Shown here: in pieces, positions 36,714 to 47,060 of the stretch
Position numbering within the stretch: position 1 is the stretch's first letter
Layout of the letters: the number at the start of each line of letters is the position of its first letter
NCBI GenBank assembly: GCA_963713975.1
Contig: OY970218.1
Span: forward strand, 2,752,001 to 2,816,000
DNA from: an uncultured Chloroflexia bacterium
Lineage (GTDB): Bacteria > Chloroflexota > Limnocylindria > Limnocylindrales > CSP1-4
Reading direction: 5' to 3'
Length of the DNA stretch: 64,000 bases
Position numbers and translations under genes: made by a program
Notes under the pieces: generated by a model
The model's database searches: none
What the model was told of the DNA's origin: nothing
Seen by the model: only the letters and a program-made list of their open reading frames with translations

Positions 36714-37841
36714 TTACTCGGCGCTCTCGCCTGCTGGATCGCTGGACGCTTCGACGACGAAGGTGTGGTCCGGCGACCAGGTCAGGTGGACCTTGTCGCC
36801 CCGCGCCCACAACTCGGCACGCGACGCCCGTTCGATGTTCTGCTCGTACACCATCACGCGGGACCCGCTGCGCGTCTCCACGATGTACTGGGTGCTGACG
36901 CCGATGTACGAGGCGTCGACCACGGTGCCATCGAGATGGTTGTGCTGGTCGGGCGTCGGCTCGCCCTCCTCGTGGAGCCGGATCTTCTCCGGTCGCACGC
37001 CGACATCCACCGAGGTCCGGCCGTAGACGGCCTCGGCCGATGACCTGACGACGGTCCCGTCGCGCAGGCGGATCATGCCAAACTCGCCGTCGGCGCCCTC
37101 GCAGGTGCCGTCGAGCAGGTTGCTCACTCCGAGGAAGCCCGCCACGAACCTGGTCGTCGGCCGTTCGTAGAGCGTGGCCGGGTCCCCGAGCTGCTCGTAG
37201 TGGCCCTTGTTCATGACGGCGATCCGATCCGACATCGTCATCGCCTCCTCCTGGTCGTGGGTCACGTAGATGAACGTGATCCCGACGCCCTGCTGGATGC
37301 GCTTGAGCTCCACCTGCATCTGCTTGCGCAGCTTGAGGTCGAGGGCGCCCAGCGGCTCGTCCAGGAGCAGCACGGCCGGCCGGTTGATGAGGGCCCGCGC
37401 GAGGGCGACGCGCTGGGCCTGGCCACCCGAGATCTGGGTCGGCTTGCGCTTCTCGTACCCCGGCAGCTCCACCAGCTCCAGCATGTCCGTGACGCGGGCC
37501 TTGATCTCCGAGTCCTTGACGCCAGTCCGGCGGAGGCCGAAGGCGACGTTCTCGTAGATGGTGAGATGCGGGAACAGGGCGTAGTTCTGGAAGACCGTGT
37601 TGACGTGGCGCTGGTAGGGGGGAAGCCACGTCACGTCGGCGCCCTGGAGCTCGATCAGGCCGGACGTGGGCTGCTCGAAGCCGCCGATCATGCGCAGGGT
37701 GGTCGTCTTGCCACAGCCTGACGGGCCGAGGAGGCTGAAGAACTCCCCGTTGGCCACGTCGAGGTCGATGTGGTCGACCGCAAGGACGTCCCCGTACGCC
37801 TTCGTGACCTGGACGAGGCGGACGTCAATGTCGCTAGGCAC
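36714..37841 (-). CDS. potA: Polyamine ABC ATP-binding protein
   Basis: GPSGCGKTT, FQNYALFPH, ISGGQ, TOBE C-terminus. Confidence 0.9.
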   Translation of the reverse strand: MPSDIDVRLVQVTKAYGDVLAVDHIDLDVANGEFFSLLGPSGCGKTTTLRMIGGFEQPTSGLIELQGADVTWLPPYQRHVNTVFQNYALFPHLTIYENVAFGLRRTGVKDSEIKARVTDMLELVELPGYEKRKPTQISGGQAQRVALARALINRPAVLLLDEPLGALDLKLRKQMQVELKRIQQGVGITFIYVTHDQEEAMTMSDRIAVMNKGHYEQLGDPATLYERPTTRFVAGFLGVSNLLDGTCEGADGEFGMIRLRDGTVVRSSAEAVYGRTSVDVGVRPEKIRLHEEGEPTPDQHNHLDGTVVDASYIGVSTQYIVETRSGSRVMVYEQNIERASRAELWARGDKVHLTWSPDHTFVVEASSDPAGESAE

Positions 37842-37947
37842 GGGTCGAGGTCGCTCCAGCACCGGGGTGACACGGGGAGGCGCGTGAGTGGGACGAACTC
37901 CGGCGCTTGTCGCAACGACGATGCGTTGTGCCCCTCTGGCCGGACGC

Positions 37948-37977
37948 ACCATAGGTTGGACCACGCCCGGGTGTCAA
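37948..37977 (-). promoter_or_regulatory. Sigma70-type promoter for the pot operon
   Basis: TTGACA-18 bp-TATGGT. Confidence 0.65.
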
Positions 37978-38220
37978 GGCGACGAAGTCGCCTCCCAGGG
38001 GCCAGGCGATGTGCGATATTCGTACGTCTGCCTTGCTCGGGCATGGGTAGTTCGCAGGGCACCGATGCCGGGCTGACCCATGGCAGGCGCCGCGACCAAC
38101 CGCCTGCGGCCAGCGTGGCGGCGGCTCCTCGGCGTGGTGACGGGGGCGCGGGTACGATATTGGCGGCCCGCGCGTCGTCAGTCCTCGGGCCGTCCGTCCC
38201 GCAGCAGCGAGTCTGAGCCC

Positions 38221-39297
38221 ATGAGCGTCATCACCGAGGCCGGTGTCCTGGCCGCCCTCCGCACCGTCCAGGAGCCCGAGCTGGGCGGCGATCTGGTGAC
38301 CCGGAACATGATCCGGGACATCGTCATCGACGGATCCGCGGTCTCGTTCACGATCGAGCTGACGACCCCGGCCTGTCCGCTCAAGGACCAGATCGAGGGG
38401 GAGGTCCGGCGCGCCCTGGAGCCGGTCGGCGTCGCGGATCCCGTGATCACCTGGGGTGCCGCAGTCCGTCGGGCCACGCCCCGCACGGCGGAGCAGCTGG
38501 TGCCCGGCGTCAAGAACGTCATCGCGGTCGCGTCGGGCAAGGGCGGCGTCGGCAAGAGCACGGTGTCGGTCAACCTCGCCGTCGCGCTCGCCAGGGCCGG
38601 CGCCTCGGTCGGGCTGCTCGATGCGGACATCACCGGCCCCAACATCCCGATGATGCTGGGCCTCGAAGGCCAGCCCACCTCGAGCGAGAACAACAAGATC
38701 GTGCCGCTGGAGCGCCACGGCGTGAAGGCCATATCGATCCAGTTCTTCGTGCCCGAGGGCCAGCCCATCGTCTGGCGCGGCCCGCTCATCGGGGGCGCCA
38801 TCAGCCAGTTCCTGCGTGACGTGGAGTGGGGCGAGCTCGACTACCTCGTGGTGGACCTGCCGCCCGGCACGTCGGACGCGCAGCTCACGCTGGCCCAGGC
38901 CGTGCCCATCAGCGGCACGGTGCTCGTGACGACGCCCCAGGACGTGGCGCTCTCCGACGTGGGCCGGGCGCTGTCGATGCTGCGCAGGCTCAACGTGCCG
39001 GTCATCGGGATCGTCGAGAACATGAGCGCGTTCGTCTGCCCGCACTGCGGCGAGGCGACGGAGATCTTCGGGCACGGAGGTGGCGAGCGGTTCGCGACCG
39101 AGAACGGGATCGACTTCCTGGGCAAGGTCCCGCTCGACGTCACCGTGCGCCAGGGCGGCGACGCCGGGATCCCGGCGGTGGCCCAGCGCGATCCCGGTCC
39201 GGCGGCCCAGGCCCTGGAGGCGGTGGCCGGGCTCGTCGCCGCGAGCATGAGCGTGCGGGCCGCATCCGCTCAGGCGCCGGTCCTGTCCGTCACCTAG
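38221..39297 (+). CDS. apbC: Mrp/ApbC/NBP35 Fe-S carrier ATPase
   Basis: DUF59 N-terminus (TTPACP), GKGGVGKST, DLPPGT, ENMS..CPHC. Confidence 0.92.
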   Translation: MSVITEAGVLAALRTVQEPELGGDLVTRNMIRDIVIDGSAVSFTIELTTPACPLKDQIEGEVRRALEPVGVADPVITWGAAVRRATPRTAEQLVPGVKNVIAVASGKGGVGKSTVSVNLAVALARAGASVGLLDADITGPNIPMMLGLEGQPTSSENNKIVPLERHGVKAISIQFFVPEGQPIVWRGPLIGGAISQFLRDVEWGELDYLVVDLPPGTSDAQLTLAQAVPISGTVLVTTPQDVALSDVGRALSMLRRLNVPVIGIVENMSAFVCPHCGEATEIFGHGGGERFATENGIDFLGKVPLDVTVRQGGDAGIPAVAQRDPGPAAQALEAVAGLVAASMSVRAASAQAPVLSVT

Positions 39298-39358
39298 GGC
39301 CGGCGATCCCCGGCCACGCGCGTCACGTGCCGGGGTCCGGCTCGGCTACGATCCGGTC

Positions 39359-40096
39359 ATGAGCCAGGGACGTCAACCCGTGGATCCGGTCGCCATGCGC
39401 GACGCCCTCGAGAGCGTGCCCATGTTCCGGGACCTCCCGGAGGCGGACCTGGTGGCGCTGGCTGCCGGTCTTCGGACGCGGCGCTACCGGCGGGCGGAGG
39501 TGATCTTCCACCAGGGCGACCCGGGTGACGCGCTGCACATCATCCTGTCCGGGCGCGTGAAGATCTCCAGCCCATCCGAGACGGGCGTCGAGGCAATCCT
39601 GACCACCCTGCGGCCCGGCGAGTTCTTCGGGTCGCTGGCGCTGCTGGACGGCGAGCCGAGATCGGCCACCGCGACCGCCGTCGATCCCACCGAGACGCTC
39701 ATCCTGCCGCGCGACCGCTTCCGGCAGCTTCTGAACGACCGGCCGGAGGTTCGGGACCACGTGTTCGCCGAGCTTGCCGGCGAGCTCCGACGGCTCACGA
39801 ACCACGTCGAGGAGCTGCACTTCCTGGACATCGCCGGCCGCCTCGCCGCGCAGCTCGCCCGGATGGCCGAGGCGCAGGTGGGAGATGCCGCCGCCGATGC
39901 ACCCGGCGGGGTGGTCGGCGAGATCCGGCTGGATGGCCCGATCACACAGGGCGAGCTCGCCGCGATGGTCGGCAGCACGCGCCAGAGCGTGAACAAGCTG
40001 CTCGGCTACCTCACGGATGACGGCTTGATCCGCATCGAACGCGATGCGATCGTCGTGGTGGACCTGGCGGCCCTCCAGCGCGCCGCGCGCCGCTAG
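39359..40096 (+). CDS. Crp/Fnr family transcriptional regulator
   Basis: cNMP domain (GEFFG..LLDGEPRSAT) and HTH TQGELAAMVGSTRQSVNK. Confidence 0.92.
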   Translation: MSQGRQPVDPVAMRDALESVPMFRDLPEADLVALAAGLRTRRYRRAEVIFHQGDPGDALHIILSGRVKISSPSETGVEAILTTLRPGEFFGSLALLDGEPRSATATAVDPTETLILPRDRFRQLLNDRPEVRDHVFAELAGELRRLTNHVEELHFLDIAGRLAAQLARMAEAQVGDAAADAPGGVVGEIRLDGPITQGELAAMVGSTRQSVNKLLGYLTDDGLIRIERDAIVVVDLAALQRAARR

Positions 40097-40114
40097 GCGA
40101 GGGTCGCCGCCGGG

Positions 40115-41323
40115 TCAGTCGCCGGGTCGGCCGGCGTCCGCGGCTCTCAGGGTCTCGAGGAGCACGGCGGCGCCGGCGATCGCGGCGCGATCGGCGCCCT
40201 GGGCCCCACGCTGGAAGGCGAGGCGCTCGTCGACATCGGTGCCGTCAGGAGTCGCGACACCGATGATCACGCGCGTGTCGACCTCGCGGGCTACGGCGTG
40301 GATCGCGAAGCCGACGTCGGCTCCGCTGATGGCCCGGACGCGCTCGGCCTCGCCGGCGATCGCGGCGGGGTCGGCATCGTCGTTGTGGACCTCGGCCAGC
40401 CGGATGGCTGACAGTCCGCGCAGCAGTGCGACCAGGGCCCCGGCGGTCGCGCGCTCGCTGGTGGCCAGCGTCCAGCCACGGGCGGCGAGTGCCTCGCCGA
40501 TGGCAGCGGCCCAGGTGGTGCTGCCGCGCGACCACACGAAGCGTCCGAGTGCCGCCGTCACGGCGGTCTCGGCCTCGTCCGCGAGGTCCACCGCTGCCCG
40601 CAGGTGCCCAGCGCGGGCGCTGATCCTGACGTCCACCGCCTCGTGGCGTGCGTAGGTCGCCACGACCGGGTTGGTGGCCCGGAGCAGGGTCTCGCCCAGC
40701 GTCTCCGCAACCTGCGATTCCCCGACGCCGTGGAGTCGCAGGGTCCTCACGACCAGGTCGCCACCGACACCTCGATCGGCGAGTCGCGGCAGGACCTGCT
40801 CCGTCCACATCGGGCGCATCTCGCGCGGCGGGCCGGGGAGCGTGACGACGACGCGGCCGTCGGGGCGGTCGACCCACCACCCGGGAGCGGTGCCGTGCGG
40901 GTTGGGCAGCGACGTGGCCGACGGGATCGTCCATGCCTGCTTCACGTTCACGGACGGGAACGGGTGCCCGCGGCGGGCCCACAGGCCCTCGAGCCACGAG
41001 AGGGTCTCCTGGTCCACGGCCACAGTCTCGCCACAAGCCTCGGCCACCGCCTCGCGGGTCAGGTCGTCGGGTGTCGGCCCAAGCCCGCCGGTGGTCACGA
41101 CGAGGTCCGCACGCCCCAGGGCCGTGCGGAGGGCGTCCACGACGACGGCGAGGTCGTCGGGCAGGTCCGAGATGCGTGTGACGGCGACACCGTGGGCGAC
41201 GAGCGATCTGGCCAGGTCGCCACTGTTCGTGTCCGTGGTCTCACCCACGGTCAGCTCGGAGCCGACGGCGAGGAGCTCGGCGGTCAGGACGCGGCGGACG
41301 GCGGCGGGAGATCGGTCGGTCAT
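40115..41323 (-). CDS. cinA: CinA-like competence/damage-inducible protein
   Basis: GSEL..G...DTN, GGLGPTPDDLT, GTAPG, PGPPREM. Confidence 0.85.
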   Translation of the reverse strand: MTDRSPAAVRRVLTAELLAVGSELTVGETTDTNSGDLARSLVAHGVAVTRISDLPDDLAVVVDALRTALGRADLVVTTGGLGPTPDDLTREAVAEACGETVAVDQETLSWLEGLWARRGHPFPSVNVKQAWTIPSATSLPNPHGTAPGWWVDRPDGRVVVTLPGPPREMRPMWTEQVLPRLADRGVGGDLVVRTLRLHGVGESQVAETLGETLLRATNPVVATYARHEAVDVRISARAGHLRAAVDLADEAETAVTAALGRFVWSRGSTTWAAAIGEALAARGWTLATSERATAGALVALLRGLSAIRLAEVHNDDADPAAIAGEAERVRAISGADVGFAIHAVAREVDTRVIIGVATPDGTDVDERLAFQRGAQGADRAAIAGAAVLLETLRAADAGRPGD

Positions 41324-41475
41324 GATCTGGAGCGTACCCCGGCGTCGGTGGTCGCGCCCCGTCGCCCGGGCGTCGCGATCGGCCAGTGCGCGCGCGTCGC
41401 CCGGCCGCCCGGTTCGGCGCTGGTATCATGGCGCCAAGTCCCTGAGCCGCTCAGCCCCTTCCGGGAGGACGACCG

Positions 41476-42384
41476 CTGGATCCCGAACGGCCCGCTTCCG
41501 ACCCGTCGCGGCCCGCATCCGAGCCCGTCGACGGTCCGTCCGGCACGCCCCCGAAGGGTCGGCGCAAGGCCGGATCCGCCGCCGGTGGGCGCCCGCCCGG
41601 GCTTCGCAACCAGTTCGCCGCGACCAAGACTGCGGCCCTCGTCCTCGCCCGCGCCCACGTCGACCTGGCCAAGGCCGAGGTCGACGAGATCAAGGGCGAG
41701 GTCGCGCGGGCCTCTGGGCTTGCCGCCGCGGCCATCGCATGCCTGATCCTCCTTGCCTTCCTGGTCCCGATCGGCGGACTGCTGTTCGCCGGTGAGTGGA
41801 TCTTCGGGTCGATCGGCTGGGGGCTGCTGCTCGGGACGGAGCTGCTGATCGCAGTTGCCATCGCGGCGGTGCTCGCTGGCCTGCGCATTCCCGGCCTCGG
41901 TCGTGATGCGCTGATTGCGCTGCTGCCCGCCATCGCCGTGGCGCTCGTCCTGGGGCTCAACATGCCGAACGAGCTGTTCCGGCGGATCGGCGAGGCGGTC
42001 GGGCTCACCATTGACCCGGCGGTCATGCCGCTCGTGGTCGGGATCGTGGTCGTGGCCGTCATCGGTGCCATCGTCGGTCTCGTGATCGGCGCGCGGAGCC
42101 ACAGCGGCGCCGGCGCGGTCTTCGGGGGACTGCTCGCCGGGGCGGTCGCCGGCGCACTCGCCGGGGCCTTCCTGTCCATCACCTTCGGCCTGCGGGTGGG
42201 GGTCGCGCTCGGCGTCGCGACGTACCTCGCCACATGGCCGGTCCTCATGGGTCTTCGGACCCAGCGCCAGGGTATCGACCCGGAGGAGCTCAAGGCACGC
42301 TTCTATCCGCAGACGACCATCGAGACCACGAAGGAGAGCATCGAGTGGGCGAAGGCACGAGTGTCGCGCGAGCCCAGGTCCTAG
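41476..42384 (+). CDS. Multi-TM membrane protein (actinobacterial holin-X/DUF1469-like), probable CTG start
   Basis: Frame open from 41446 with HVDLAKAE...; GGAGG upstream of CTG 41476; C-terminal PQTTIETTKE. Confidence 0.7.
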   Translation: MDPERPASDPSRPASEPVDGPSGTPPKGRRKAGSAAGGRPPGLRNQFAATKTAALVLARAHVDLAKAEVDEIKGEVARASGLAAAAIACLILLAFLVPIGGLLFAGEWIFGSIGWGLLLGTELLIAVAIAAVLAGLRIPGLGRDALIALLPAIAVALVLGLNMPNELFRRIGEAVGLTIDPAVMPLVVGIVVVAVIGAIVGLVIGARSHSGAGAVFGGLLAGAVAGALAGAFLSITFGLRVGVALGVATYLATWPVLMGLRTQRQGIDPEELKARFYPQTTIETTKESIEWAKARVSREPRS

Positions 42385-42893
42385 CGGCCCGCGAGGCCCT
42401 GGACGAGGAGCTCGTCCGGCTCGAGGCGTCCGCCCGCGCGGCCGTCGACATCCCCGCGAAGATCAAGCGCAGCCCCGTCAAGGCCGCCGGGCTGGCCGCC
42501 GGGGCAGGCTTCGTCGTCCTCGGCGGGCCGAAGAAGCTGTTCCGGCGCGCAAAGGGGGCAGTCCGGGGGCCCGAGGAGCCGCTGCCGCCGGCCATGCTCC
42601 CCAAGGACATCGACGCTGCGCTGCGCGTGCTGGGCACGGACGGGGAGAAGGTCCGGGGCGTCCTGGAACGCGAGTTTGCCGCCTATCTCGAGGCCACGGA
42701 ACCGACCAGGCAGCGACGCAACTTCTCTAACGCGGCCACCGTGGTCGCGATCGCGTTCCTGCGCCCGCTGGTCCTGCGCTTCAGCAAGCGCCTCGCGAAC
42801 GAGATCATCGCGACGGACGGCACGTCGTTCAGCGACCAGCTGAAGAAGGTCCGTTCGCGGATGGGCACAGCCGGAGACGACGAGCCGGCCTGA
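42345..42893 (+). CDS. Hypothetical protein (DUF3618-like partner)
   Basis: SD AAGGAG, GTG start; helical N-terminus and a hydrophobic stretch. Confidence 0.65.
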   Translation: MGEGTSVARAQVLAAREALDEELVRLEASARAAVDIPAKIKRSPVKAAGLAAGAGFVVLGGPKKLFRRAKGAVRGPEEPLPPAMLPKDIDAALRVLGTDGEKVRGVLEREFAAYLEATEPTRQRRNFSNAATVVAIAFLRPLVLRFSKRLANEIIATDGTSFSDQLKKVRSRMGTAGDDEPA

Positions 42894-42913
42894 TCACGGC
42901 CCGCGCCGGGGAC

Positions 42914-43001
42914 TGGTAGGCGAGGTCGGGGTCGAACCGACACGCCCCTCACGGGGCACCGGCTCCTAAGGCCGGCGCGTCTGCCATTTCGCCACTCGCC
43001 C
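42914..43001 (-). tRNA. tRNA-Leu (anticodon UAG)
   Basis: GGGCGAG acceptor stem, CCGGC-CUUAGGA-GCCGG anticodon arm, long variable arm, GGUUCGAC, encoded CCA. Confidence 0.95.
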
Positions 43002-43187
43002 TCGACCAGTCTAGCCCCGCGGTCCCAGGCCGGACCCGCGCCCATGTGGAGGGCGGCTGCGGCCGCGCGCGCCCGCCGCCACGGGACCCCACCGGCCTGC
43101 CGCCATGGGGCTCTCGGACGCTCACCAGCCCGCGATCACCGGCGCCTTGCCGCCCGGACCGTCGACCCACCCTATACTCGCCGGGCG

Positions 43188-44672
43188 ATGAATGTGACCG
43201 CTACCCCTGCCCCCAAGAGCTCCATCCTCCTCGAGATCGAGGTTCCCGCCGAACGACTCGACCGTGCCATCGGTGAGGCCGTCAGGCGGCTGTCCCGGCG
43301 CACCCGCGTCGCGGGCTTCCGTCCCGGCAAGGCGCCCAGGCCCATCCTGGAGCGCGTGCTCGGGCCCACGGCGGTCATCGACGAGGCCGTGGAGCAGGTG
43401 GTCCAGACCGCCTATCGCGACGCCATCGTGGAGCAGGGCATCGTCCCGCTGACCAACGCCGATGTCGAGGTGATCGAGGCCGAGGAAGGCAAGCCCGTCC
43501 GCTTCAAGGCCACCGTCCAGGTCCGTCCCGAGGTCACCCTCGGCGACTATGCGGGCTTCAACTTCGCGCCCGAGATCGAGACCATCGATACGGCGAAGGT
43601 CGACAAGGTGGTGGACGAGCTCCGCGACCAGAACGCGACCCTGACGGCGGTGGAGGATCGGGCAGCGCAGAACGGCGACTGGGCGGTCATCGGTTTCGTG
43701 GGCTCCCGTGACGGCGCTCCGTTCGACGGCGGGGCCTCGGAGCGGATGCCACTGGTGATCGGCGAGGACCGGCTGATCCCCGGCTTCGAGGCCAACCTGA
43801 TCGGCCTCGAGCCCGGCGGGTCGACCGAGTTCGACATCACCTTCCCGGATGACTACCCGGAGGAGTCCCTCGCCGGGGCCCAGGCCCACTTCGCGGTGGA
43901 CCTCAAGGAGCTGCGCGAGAAGGTGCTCCCAGCGGCCGACGACGCACTCGCCCAGAACATGGGCGAGTACGCGGACCTCGCGGCGCTCAAGGCCGACATC
44001 GACGCACGGCTCCGGCGCAATGCCCTCGACAAGGCACGGCACGAGTTCGCCGACAAGATCATCGAGTACGCGGTGGCCAACGCCACCATCGACCTCCCGG
44101 ACGTCCTGGTGGACCAGGAGGTGGAGGTGATGCACGACGAGTTCCGCTCCACGCTCGCCCGCCAGGGCATCGGCGAGGAGGCGTACCTCAAGGCCACCAA
44201 CCAGTCCGAGGAGGAGCTGCACGCGGAGTTCCGTCCGCGGGCCGAGCACCGGGTCAAGGTGCTGCTCGTCCTGTCCAAGATCGCCGACGCCGAGGGGATC
44301 GAGATCCCGGATGCCGAGGTCGAGGCACAGGTCGACATGGCCCGTGCCCGCTACCAGGATCCGAAGACCGTCAGGTACTTCGAGTCCGAGCGTGGACGCA
44401 ACTTCATCGGCAGCACCCTCCGCCGCACCCGGCTGGTCGAGATCCTCGTGGATCGCTGGCTGGCCGCCCACCCCGAGCACCCCGCCCTGCCGCACATGGA
44501 GGACGACGCGCCGTCGGCTGTCGACGGTGCGCAGGCGCAGGCCAACGCGGGCATCGATGCCACCGATCCGGGTGCCATCCCGGATGCGATCGACGACGGG
44601 GCGGCCCACGACCACCATCATCACGATCACGGCGACGCCGCACCTGCGCCCGCCGCCGAGAAGGGCGCGTAG
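43188..44672 (+). CDS. tig: Trigger factor
   Basis: GFRPGKAP, FKBP domain (IPGFE, FPDDY); precedes clpP-clpX. Confidence 0.95.
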   Translation: MNVTATPAPKSSILLEIEVPAERLDRAIGEAVRRLSRRTRVAGFRPGKAPRPILERVLGPTAVIDEAVEQVVQTAYRDAIVEQGIVPLTNADVEVIEAEEGKPVRFKATVQVRPEVTLGDYAGFNFAPEIETIDTAKVDKVVDELRDQNATLTAVEDRAAQNGDWAVIGFVGSRDGAPFDGGASERMPLVIGEDRLIPGFEANLIGLEPGGSTEFDITFPDDYPEESLAGAQAHFAVDLKELREKVLPAADDALAQNMGEYADLAALKADIDARLRRNALDKARHEFADKIIEYAVANATIDLPDVLVDQEVEVMHDEFRSTLARQGIGEEAYLKATNQSEEELHAEFRPRAEHRVKVLLVLSKIADAEGIEIPDAEVEAQVDMARARYQDPKTVRYFESERGRNFIGSTLRRTRLVEILVDRWLAAHPEHPALPHMEDDAPSAVDGAQAQANAGIDATDPGAIPDAIDDGAAHDHHHHDHGDAAPAPAAEKGA

Positions 44673-44732
44673 CGCACCGCCGGCGCGGACGCGAACCCAA
44701 ACGTGCCCGACCGAACACAGGGGAGACCCACG

Positions 44733-45416
44733 ATGCTCGTCCCGATGGTCATCGAATCCACAAGTCGTGGGGAACGCGCGTACGACATCTACTCGCGGCT
44801 GCTTCGAGAGCGGATCATCTTCCTGGGTGACGCGATCGACGACCACCTGGCCAACCTGGTGATCGCCCAGCTGCTGTTCCTCGAGTCCGAGGACCCCGAG
44901 AAGGACATCAGCCTCTACATCAACTCACCCGGCGGCGTGGTGACCAGCGGCCTGGCCATCTACGACACGATGCAGTACCTGCGCGCCCCGGTGAGCACCA
45001 TCTGTATCGGCATGGCGGCATCCATGGCCGCGGTGCTGCTCGCGGCCGGCGCGAAGGGCAAGCGCTATGCGCTGCCGCACAGCCGGGTGATGATCCACCA
45101 GGGCTCCGGCGGGTTCCGGGGCAACGCCCCCGACGCCGTGATCCAGATGAAGGAGTGGGAGTACCTGGTCAAGGTCAACAACGAGATCCTGGCCAAGCAC
45201 ACCGGCCAGCCCGTGGACAAGGTGGTCCTGGACACGGACCGGGACTACTTCATGGGCTCCGACGAAGCCAAGGCGTATGGCATCATCGACGCTGTCTACA
45301 CCCTCACCGGCGACTCCCTGATCGCGCAGGCGCACGACGCGGGCCTGGCCGGCGGAGAGGGCTCCGAACTGGCGGAGCCGCGCTCGGACGAGACCGGGCC
45401 GGCTGTCGACAAGTAA
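44733..45416 (+). CDS. clpP: Clp protease proteolytic subunit
   Basis: [26 protein letters not shown]. Confidence 0.97.
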   Translation: MLVPMVIESTSRGERAYDIYSRLLRERIIFLGDAIDDHLANLVIAQLLFLESEDPEKDISLYINSPGGVVTSGLAIYDTMQYLRAPVSTICIGMAASMAAVLLAAGAKGKRYALPHSRVMIHQGSGGFRGNAPDAVIQMKEWEYLVKVNNEILAKHTGQPVDKVVLDTDRDYFMGSDEAKAYGIIDAVYTLTGDSLIAQAHDAGLAGGEGSELAEPRSDETGPAVDK

Positions 45417-45428
45417 GGACTGGGACCG

Positions 45429-46742
<1,314 letters not shown>

Positions 46743-46810
46743 GTTCGCGAACGCCTGGCGAGAGGACACGGGGCCGACTCTGGTCCGCCGCGTGGTAGGA
46801 TCGCGGCCTC

Positions 46811-47050
46811 ACGGCGGTGACCGAGAGGAGTAGGTCCGGGAACGGCCCCAAGCGAGCGCGGGACAGTGTGAGCCGCGCGGGCACGACGGGACCGAAGGTC
46901 GCTCGCGAGCCGTGCGCCTGGCGCCCGATACAGCGCCGAGAGCGTGACCGGATCCGGCGGATCGCGATGAGCGACCTGCCCCGGCCACACAACCAGCAGG
47001 TGGTACCACGACCCCGTTCGTCCGCTGGACGAGCGGGTCGTTGCGTTTCG
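46811..47050 (+). ncRNA. T-box riboswitch (Val)
   Basis: T-box GGTGGTACCACG (46999-47010), AGTA motif, candidate specifier GUC (46898-46900), terminator-like hairpin, upstream of valS. Confidence 0.85.
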
Positions 47051-47060
47051 GGAGCAGGCG

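Noticed and set aside
35482-37629. 715-aa ORF as a fusion protein
   Set aside because: The N-terminal part is an off-frame read of potA; PotD starts at GTG 36690 after a strong SD
42914-43001. tRNA-Leu as an integration site
   Set aside because: No integrase and no duplicated tRNA 3' end seen in the window
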